A DNA stretch of 64,000 nucleotides from Octopus vulgaris (lineage: Eukaryota), in the NCBI GenBank assembly GCA_951406725.2, contig OX597828.1, positions 52,266,001 to 52,330,000 of the forward strand, read 5' to 3'. The notes below the pieces were generated by a model. That model was not told where the DNA came from, ran no database searches, and was given only the letters and a program-made list of their open reading frames with translations. This document shows, in pieces, positions 54,728 to 64,000 of the stretch (the stretch's first letter is position 1; every line of letters begins with the position of its first letter). Made by a program: the position numbers and the translations under genes.

Positions 54728-54790
54728 ATATATAATATACATAAATTAAGCTAGTGAGGTGGCTATTTGATTTATTGTTTATAGCACGCC

Positions 54791-54827
<37 letters not shown>

Positions 54828-55173
54828 TGAGCACACACACTGCAGTATATATATATATATATATATAATGATAATGATATATGAAATATAGAAGCTCATA
54901 TATTTGTATATATATTTATGTATGGACACAGGACACCACGGAACGTAAACAACATAAAATAAACATAATATACGAAAACAATATGAAATACAAAATAGGT
55001 AAACATGGAATACGTTATATTTTGGCTTTTTTGCACAGACTAACGAAAGAAATAAGCGGAAAACAAGAATGCAATATTTTCGTCTTAACTCGAACCTTCA
55101 ATCATTGTATGTGTGTGGGTGTGAGAGGGTGTGTCTGTGCACGCGTGTAAGCACACAGATCCTATATATACAT

Positions 55174-55242
<69 letters not shown>

Positions 55243-55812
55243 GTGTATGTATAAACGCATTTATGTGTCAGTTTAGAATAATAAATTTTATCTCTTAGCC
55301 AATTTTCCAAATACATACACATAAACACAAACACACGCGCACACGCACACTGACGCACATACAAAAAAAAACCCATTGATTCACTTACATACACTTATAC
55401 ACAATTCCATTATCCATGACACAGACATACACAGACATACGGATGCACATACGTACACACATTAGTAGACTCTGTCATGTACAGTTAAGACGTGACAATT
55501 GACAGCTCTTCCTCTCAACCTTTCGAGGTTGATGAAGTAAGAAGCTCTGAGATTTAACCCTTACTTTCAGAATTGCGGGCATTGTGCTAAAAAAAATGAT
55601 AAAGAATTATTAAGTTTACCTTTGTCATAACTGTACTTCTTAATCGTTATATTTTGGCTTCAGTTCTCCACAAAGATCGATTACATTAACGCTTATTCAA
55701 CAAATTGATTGAATTTATTAACGGCGAACGTTTACTATAATTCAGTGTATGTGTGGGTGTGAGAGGGTGTGTCTGTGCACGCGTGTAAGCACACAGATAT
55801 ATATATATATAC

Positions 55813-55854
<42 letters not shown>

Positions 55855-56890
55855 TGTACGTGTGTGTGTGAGCGTATGAATATAAATTTATGTGTCAGTT
55901 TAGAATAATAAATTTTATCTCTTAGCCAATTTTCCAAATACATACACATAAACACAACGTATGCACATGCATACATACATACCTACATACATACACATTT
56001 TCATATATTAAGAATATAGCACTCAGCGTGCATAGATAGTTACAGACACACACACATACACACATATACGTATATAATCCCATACATATGTATGAATATT
56101 GATTTATCATACACAACGTACGCATAAATATATGTATATCTACACGCACGCGCACACACGTATATAAACATATGAACACATGTATGTGTATATATATATA
56201 TATATGTTTACACATAGATATCTGATTAAATGATAGACACGTATGTATATAGATATAGCGGTTATCTGTCGTATACAATTCGTATATATGTATATTAATG
56301 CGTGTGCTTTATAAACCAAGCAAGTTTGTTTCATTTAATTTTCATTCATGGCATAACTGTCTGCCTAATAACATTATTTTTATGTCTGTATGTCTGAATG
56401 CAGTCAAATATAAATGTATATATGTGTGTATATATATAAGTATATTCACATATTCTCACATATACCATATATGTATATATATATAAATGCATATGTGCGT
56501 GTGTTAGTATATGGAATCACATATATTCTCCTAAAACATATGTATGTGTTTCAATATCGATATAATGTAGCTGCATATATATATATACATATATATATAC
56601 ACACACACAAATGTATATATATATATATATATATATATACATTTATATATATATATGTATATACGTTTATATATATATGCGTATACATATATAGATGCAT
56701 ATATATATATATTCATATATGTTATAAATATTTATGTATATATAGTTATGTATATCTATATATACCATTACATTAATCAGCTATCGGTCTATCTATCTAT
56801 CTATCTCTATCTACCTTAGCATTTATATATTTAAAAGTAAAGTTATATAATAATTATTATAATAATAATAATAATAATATAAATAACATA

Positions 56891-56974
<84 letters not shown>

Positions 56975-57092
56975 GGTCCCGGGTTGATTCGGGGTTAACC
57001 ACAGTAAGTAAGGTACTCAATACATAGCAGAGTAAAATTAATTTATTATATAGAAGGAGCTTCTACAGGACTAGTACTGTTTCATTCAAGAG

Positions 57093-57147
<55 letters not shown>

Positions 57148-57149
<2 letters not shown>

Positions 57150-57313
57150 GGGTAAAGACCCCCTTCGGTCATGAATGACCATGGGATTGCACCTAGAAAG
57201 TTACCCTTCTAGACACAAGTCCGGGCAAGGTTGTTTATGGAAGACCAGCAGTCGCCCATGCATACCAGCCTCCCTCTCCACACCACCAGTGTTATCCAAG
57301 GGAAAGACAAAGG

Positions 57314-57315
<2 letters not shown>
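57148..57315 (-). mobile_element. SINE family E 3' half
   Basis: Reverse complement of about 28505-28655. Confidence 0.8.
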
Positions 57316-57371
<56 letters not shown>

Positions 57372-57742
57372 TATATGGGTCAAAAAGCCGTGATCAAAAT
57401 GAGAAACGAGGACAAAAAAGTGGAAAACGAACTATTTTTTCAAACAACGAAAGAAACAAATAGAGAAACGAGACAGGCAACATAAAGAACATTCCTTTCA
57501 TCAGTTGTCCCCTGTTTTAACTACTCTGCGTTTCGAATGTAGGGACAGTCGTTCCCGCAAAGCAAATTAAAAAAAAAAAATTAGGGATTTGCGGAAGGTT
57601 AAAGCGGTGACAAAAACAGGACAGTGAGAACAAAACAGTAAAAACAAACGGTGAGGGTTGTTAAGCAGTAACGAGATGAAGTGGTGAACGCTGGAGAAAG
57701 GAGCGATGTTTGTATGTATATGTATATATATATATATATATG

Positions 57743-57861
<119 letters not shown>

Positions 57862-57885
57862 GTATATATACATATACATATATCG

Positions 57886-57950
<65 letters not shown>

Positions 57951-59086
57951 CATAGACGCATTAATGCACCAGAATACGCTCACACTTATCTCTCTACCCA
58001 CCTACATACATACATACATACACACATACATGCATACATACATACATGCATATATACATACATACATACATGCATGCATACATAAATACATACATACATA
58101 CATACATACATACATACATACATACATACATACATGCATACATACATACATACATACATACATGCATGCATACATACATGCATACACTTACGCTAAGTTT
58201 TGAATAAGCTCTTTGTCTGCTATGATTATCATAACGTATTGTGATGAAATTTATCCAACCCAATATACAGCACCATGGCGATAATGTATGGCCAATTGTA
58301 TGTAAGTGTGTGGTTGACGAGATCTTAATTGTTTGAAATCAGCCTAGCGTTATGCTATTGATTAGAACGTCGAAAATTTCCTGTTAACAAGTGTTTTAGA
58401 CTTATAATGTCGACACAAACAACTTGTCGCATATGACGTCGTAAAACCTAGTGTTTGGCGGTGTTGTAAATTCATAAACATTGACCGGACTTGATGCTAC
58501 TTGACTAGACTGGCCCGGACTGGACTTAGTTAATTGAGTAAAGTCCGTTTTTATTGTTATTTTTGTGATTGTGTTTTTGGTGATGGTAATGGTGGTGGTG
58601 GTCGTCGTTGTGGTCGTCGTTGTCGTCGTATCGATTAGGCTTCCAAAAGGATGCTCTTTGGCCGAAAGACATTTAAAAGAGGAAGCAGAATTAAATTGTT
58701 GGTGAGGAATGAGATATTTAGTTCTGTGCTTGGCCGTGTCTGTTCCTGTCTGAGAATTAAAATGATTGGTTGTAAAGGCATTTCATCCGGCACACACAGC
58801 CTCTGTATGTGGCAATGTATTTAGTCTTCAATGACAATTCACCTCTAACTTCATCGACGTCATTATCATCTTCGTCGTCATCATCACCACCAACTACAAT
58901 AGCAAAATTAGCTGTTGCTACCAAAGTATTTTGACTTTGGTACAATAGCAGATAGTTTAGTTGGATACGGCAATGAAGTCAGCATTAAAATCGAAATGGT
59001 GTTTTATATAATTGATTCAGTAAAAAGTGAAACGTGAAAGAACTGAAAGGTAAAGTTCTTCAATAATATTTCAACCTTGGTTGACG

Positions 59087-59634
59087 GGCGGCGAGCTGGC
59101 AGTAACGTTAGCACGCTGGGTGAAATGCCTAGCGCAATTTCGTCTGCCGCTATGTTCTGAGTTCAAATTCCGCCCTAGTCGACTTTGTCTTTCATCCTTT
59201 CGGGATCGATAAATTAAGTACCAGTTACGCACTGGGGTTCGATATAATGGACTTAATCCGTTTGTATTTCCATGTTTGTCCTCTCTTTGTTTAGCCCCTT
59301 GTGGGTAGTAAAGAAATAGGTATTGCGGCTGTCTTTATGTTCTGAGTACAAATTCCGCCGAGGTCGACTTTGCCTTTCATCGTTTCGGGGTCGATAGATT
59401 AAGTACCAGTTGTATACTGGGGTCGATATAATCGACTGGCCCCTCCCCCAAAATTTGGGCATTGTGTCTACAGTAGAAAAGAAATATTTAAACCTTGGTC
59501 AAAGGCGGCAAGCTGGCAGAAACGTTAGCACGCTGGGGTCGATAAATTAAGTACCAGTTGCGTACTATGGTCGATCTAATCGACTGGCTCCCTCCCCAAA
59601 AATGTCAGACCTTGTGCCTAGAGTAGAAAAGAAT
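59087..59634 (+). mobile_element. SINE family A dimer plus internally deleted monomer
   Basis: Heads at 59087 and about 59502; shared core and tail. Confidence 0.9.
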
Positions 59635-60171
59635 ATCTTAATCTTGGTTGAGTTGTATTAACGATCCTATAATTTCTCTCAAGTCCTTATATTTTAGAAG
59701 ACAGGAATGCATGATTAAAGTAAAATTCGTTCATCGCTGCCATTTTATACAATTGGTAGAGTCGTTAGAATATTGTATTGAGTGGTAACTGGCTGGGTTC
59801 CACACAAAATGGTGATATGGATAGTGTGCCAAACAAATTCGTAGAATGCAAGTAAAATTTGCCTGGTGCTGAACATACTGGCTAGCTGCATGAAATAGCG
59901 GTCGAAAGCCATAAGGTTTGGTCGGGTGCCAGATAAAATATTCTGGTGCTGATGATTTGGTTAGGCCTCAAAAAGAAAAATGGTTGGACGTTATAAACTT
60001 TAAACGAGTATTGGGGCTTTGAGGTAAAAAGTTTGTTTTCTAACCACATGCTTCTAGATTCAATCCCACTGTAGCACCTTGCCTTGTGAATGAATTTGGT
60101 AGACGTGGACTGAAAGAAGTCCATCGAATATAGTATATATATATGTATATATATATGTATGTATATATATT

Positions 60172-60233
<62 letters not shown>

Positions 60234-60987
60234 TATATATATATGTAAATATCTCCCCTTCACCGTTCCCTCTTTCTTACTTCCCCTCCCCCTCCTCCTC
60301 CTCCTCGACTCTCTCGTCACTGACACGTGACCAGAGAGAAGCCATCTTTCCAACTGTTATCTTCACCGCTTATCCTGCTTATCCTGCTTATCCTGTCCCT
60401 CTCATAAGCTGTTTCCTTAATGCTTTCAAAATAATTTTTCCATCGTCTTGGCTTAAGAACCCTCATCGTTTTGTTTTTGCTGTGTTATTCTCTTTGTCCT
60501 GTGTTTTACTGTTTTTACTTTTATTGTTTTTACTGTCTTGATTTGTTCTCACTGTCCTGTTCTTGTTACCACTTTTACCCCTACGCAAAAATCCCAAATT
60601 ATATTTAATTTGCTTTGCGGGAAGGACTGTTTCAACGAAGTCGCGTCTTGCCCTTGCCTTGCCGGTAAATTTGAAACGTTTATATTAATTTAGCATTAGA
60701 ATTCTTCAAGTTGTATAAAATAGTTATTGTCTGCATCATTCGAAAGAGAAATAAATTCTGCATAAAGTGTAAAAGATAGAAATAATTTGTATGGTGTTAG
60801 TAACAAAATATTTTGTAAAAAATAGAACTTTTATCATCGGTCTTAAATTTATTTTCGCCAGAGTAAATATGCACAGCCGAATAAATATTAAGAGCAGCTG
60901 CAGAAGTGGTAGTGTTAATATTAACAGTAGTACTGGTAGCAGAGGTGGTGGTGGTAGTGGTGGCGGCGCCGGGGATGGTAGTAGTAT

Positions 60988-61027
<40 letters not shown>

Positions 61028-61452
61028 CGTTGCGGCAATCTTTATTGTTGCCCTGGTAAAGAAAAAGAAGAGGAACGAAGAAAGTAGAAAGAAGAAGAAG
61101 AAAAAGAAGAAGAAGAAAAAGAAGAAGAAGAAGAAGAAGAAGAAGAAGAACAAGAAGAACAAGAAGAACAAGAAGAAGAACAAGAAGAACAAGAAGAACA
61201 AGAACAAGAACAAGAGGAACAAGAAGATAAAGACAATGAATAAAGGGGAAAGAAAGAGGAGAGAGCAAATTGTGGGAGGAGTAACATACGGGAGTTGACA
61301 GAAGGAGTTCCAAGGTCAGAAATTTTATGAGGCTGTTCATTTCTCCCCGTTGAACTTTCTCCAGCGACCCCTTGCAAGGGTCATTGGAGAAATGAACGCA
61401 TCGTTACATTTTTGATAGCTTCCCGACAAATAGCAGAGCTTAACGACTCGCG

Positions 61453-61487
<35 letters not shown>

Positions 61488-61942
61488 ATGAACCAAGACG
61501 TACACATGTATTAATACATACATACAAACAGACAGACATATGTGTGTGTGTGCATGTGTGAGTGCGTAGAAGACTGGGTTTTATGTATCGGAGTTTCTGT
61601 ATAATAGCGTCGTTACGAAATTGATACATAATATATAATAAGCAAGCGGTGACAAAGAGTAAAATATGGGTGGGCTGATCAAACAAATGAGATTTCTCCG
61701 ATCGATACGGGAACTGTGACGTCACTGATATTATTTGAACAAAGAAAATATTAATGAACGTTTGAAACCAATTTTCTACATATTTTTTGATGTTGTATAT
61801 TGCTGTCTGCAAAATAAAGATTCCAATTATCAAATAATATATATAAAATATATAAAATAATATATATAAAATACAAAATATATATACAAAATATATACAA
61901 ATGTATACAAATATATACAAATATATATACAAAATATATATA

Positions 61943-62113
61943 GGCGCAGGAGTGGCTGTGTGGTAAGTAGCTTGTTTACCAACCACATGGTTCCGGGTTC
62001 AGTCCCATTGCGTGGCACCTTGGGCAAGTGTCTTCTACTATAGCCTCGGGCCGACCAAAGCCTTGTGAGTGGATTTGGTAAACGGAAACTGAAAGAAGCC
62101 CATCGTATATCTG

Positions 62114-62148
<35 letters not shown>

Positions 62149-62343
62149 ATTTGTGTGTGTGTGTTTGTCAACCGATGCTGGTGTGTTTATGTCCCCGTTA
62201 CTTAGCGGTTCGGCAAAAGAGATCGATAGAATAAGAACTGGGCTTACAAAAGAATAAGTCCCGGAGTCGAGTTGCTCGATTAAAGTGGGTGCTCCAGCAT
62301 GGCCGCAGTCAAATGACTGAAAGAAGTAAAAGAGTAAAAGAGT
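61943..62343 (+). mobile_element. Full-length SINE family B
   Basis: Complete head to GTAAAAGAG tail. Confidence 0.93.
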
Positions 62344-62566
62344 ATATAAAATACAAAGAAACAAAGCGAACTAAGAATGTGTGATTAATAAGTTCGCTTT
62401 GCAACCACGCAATTTCGGGTTCAGCACCAATGCGGGGCACCTTGGGATAGTGTCCTCTCCTATAGACTCAGATTCGGCAAATCGACCCTTGTGAGCCTGG
62501 CATACTGGAGAAGGACACACAAGAAGAAGAATATATTCACACACGACGGGAAAACAACAACGGCGT

Positions 62567-62760
62567 TGAGGCGCAATGGCCCAGTTGTTAGGGTAGCTGA
62601 CACGAGGTCGTAACGACGCGGTTTCGATTCCCAGATCGGGCATTACGAGTGTTTATTGAGCCAAAACATCTAAGTTCCACGAGGCTCCGGCGGGGGCGGG
62701 GGGTGAACCCCACTATACTCTTTCACCAGAACTTTCTCTCACTCTTTCTTCCTACTTCTT
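62567..62760 (+). mobile_element. SINE family D, 5' part
   Basis: Similar to 20399-20585. Confidence 0.8.
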
Positions 62761-63588
62761 CCACAAAGCAGAGGAACCATGGTGTAATCCACTATGGTGC
62801 AGTAAAACTTTCAGACCCTAGTTTAGATTGCGAATCCTCTGTACCCCAGGATGGTTCAGCTCTCCAACCGTTAAAAGCCACCTTTTACGGAATGAGGATA
62901 ACAACGTAGCTTTCGCGCCTGTGCAACCGCCAGTCTATCGCATGTGGTGGGTGGATCTTCAAGTTGCCACACGCATTCTTAGTAGCTTAGAGTAGGCTCG
63001 AATTAGATGTCATTCTTTGTGGCTAATGGCGTGAATCCTGATTGGAAGAAGAAGAAGAAGAAGAAGAAGAAGAAGAAGAAGAAGAAGAAGAAGAAGAAGA
63101 AGAAGAAGAAGAAGAAGAAGAAGAAGAAGCAACAGCGGCTGTCAATCTGTAGAAGGACAAACAGAAGCCCAAAATAAGCACGCACGCACACACGTGTACA
63201 TAAAAGTATCCTGTTTGTATTTTGTCTTTAAATGATGGTAATTTAATTGTTATTTGTAGCAGTTAAAATGTCCACATCGAAAATTCCTCATTGGCCCGTA
63301 ACTGAACAGTTTTTAGTGGGGCAGCCGGTTTGGGGGACTAGGTAAAAGTAGGGGCTTCAAGGTGATGAAACCCAATGTACCGAACTGTGACAAAAGAGGG
63401 TGTATTATGGGTAGCAGAGGTCAGAGTTCAGTGTGACACTCTAATGCTAAAGAGGTGTAGGAGGTGGTGAGATGGTGAGAATGATGATGGATAGAGATAG
63501 AAAGTAGGGATGTTGTACAAGAGTGATGATAGAAACGCAACACAAATTAGTGTAATGGGAGGGACAGAGTATGGAAAAGTAATCAAGT

Positions 63589-63634
<46 letters not shown>

Positions 63635-63897
63635 CTGCAGCAGCAGCGGCGGTGGCGGTTGCGGTAGGGGTGGTGGTTGCAGTGGTAGTGGAGGTAGTAG
63701 CGGTAGTAGCAGTTGGAGCACTACAAATACCTGCACATGGTAGCCGGTACTTTTTGGTTGTCTCACCCCTATTAAAAAATTGGATTATCTCCCACCGTTT
63801 TACGAGAAATATTGGTACTTTTGGTTTTCTCCCTCAACGACAAAAAAATTGTCTAGCCCTCAATAAAACAAACAAAAAGAAAAATGAAAAATTAATA

Positions 63898-64000
63898 GGC
63901 GTAGTGGCTGTGTGGTAAGTAGCTCTCTTACGAACCACATGGTTCCGAGTTCAGTCCCACTGCGTGGCACCTTGGGCAAAGTGTTTTCTACTGTAGCCTC
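63898..64000 (+). mobile_element. SINE family B head (runs off window)
   Basis: GGCGTAGTGGCTGTGTGGTAAGTAGC...CAGTCCCACTGCGTGGCACCTTGGGCAA. Confidence 0.9.

Noticed and set aside
62760-63128. Unique-looking block ending in (GAA)n
   Set aside because: Probably a retroelement 3' UTR with tail, but single copy in the window and no diagnostic motif.

Overview
This is a repeat-saturated, AT-rich eukaryotic window. It is most likely from a coleoid cephalopod (Octopus-like), inferred from the tRNA-derived SINE families and the extreme microsatellite density. I cannot support any intact cellular protein-coding gene. Nearly all ORFs in the supplied track are microsatellite or SINE translation artefacts, and the window reads as a very large intron or intergenic region. 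Supported content: a full-length decayed mariner transposon (6453-7732); Tc1, RTE-like and CR1-like fragments; several MITEs, one with an 8-bp TSD and GG termini; a Helentron-type element; at least four SINE families, often multimeric; an element that sits in (ATT)n tracts; and Penelope-type ends with minimal hammerhead-ribozyme-like motifs, one inside a 730-bp foldback. Between the repeats lie short unique islands (about 3.9, 10.4, 17.4, 34.0, 36.7, 39.8, 43.3, 46.9 and 61.3 kb). They carry plus-strand-favoured hairpins, candidate micro-exons, long-range complementary boxes and recurrent YY1/ETS/CCAAT-like motifs. These islands are the best candidates for undescribed function, either as RNA-structure-controlled splicing/editing or as a shared enhancer grammar; sequence alone cannot separate the two. 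Ends of decayed repeats are approximate.
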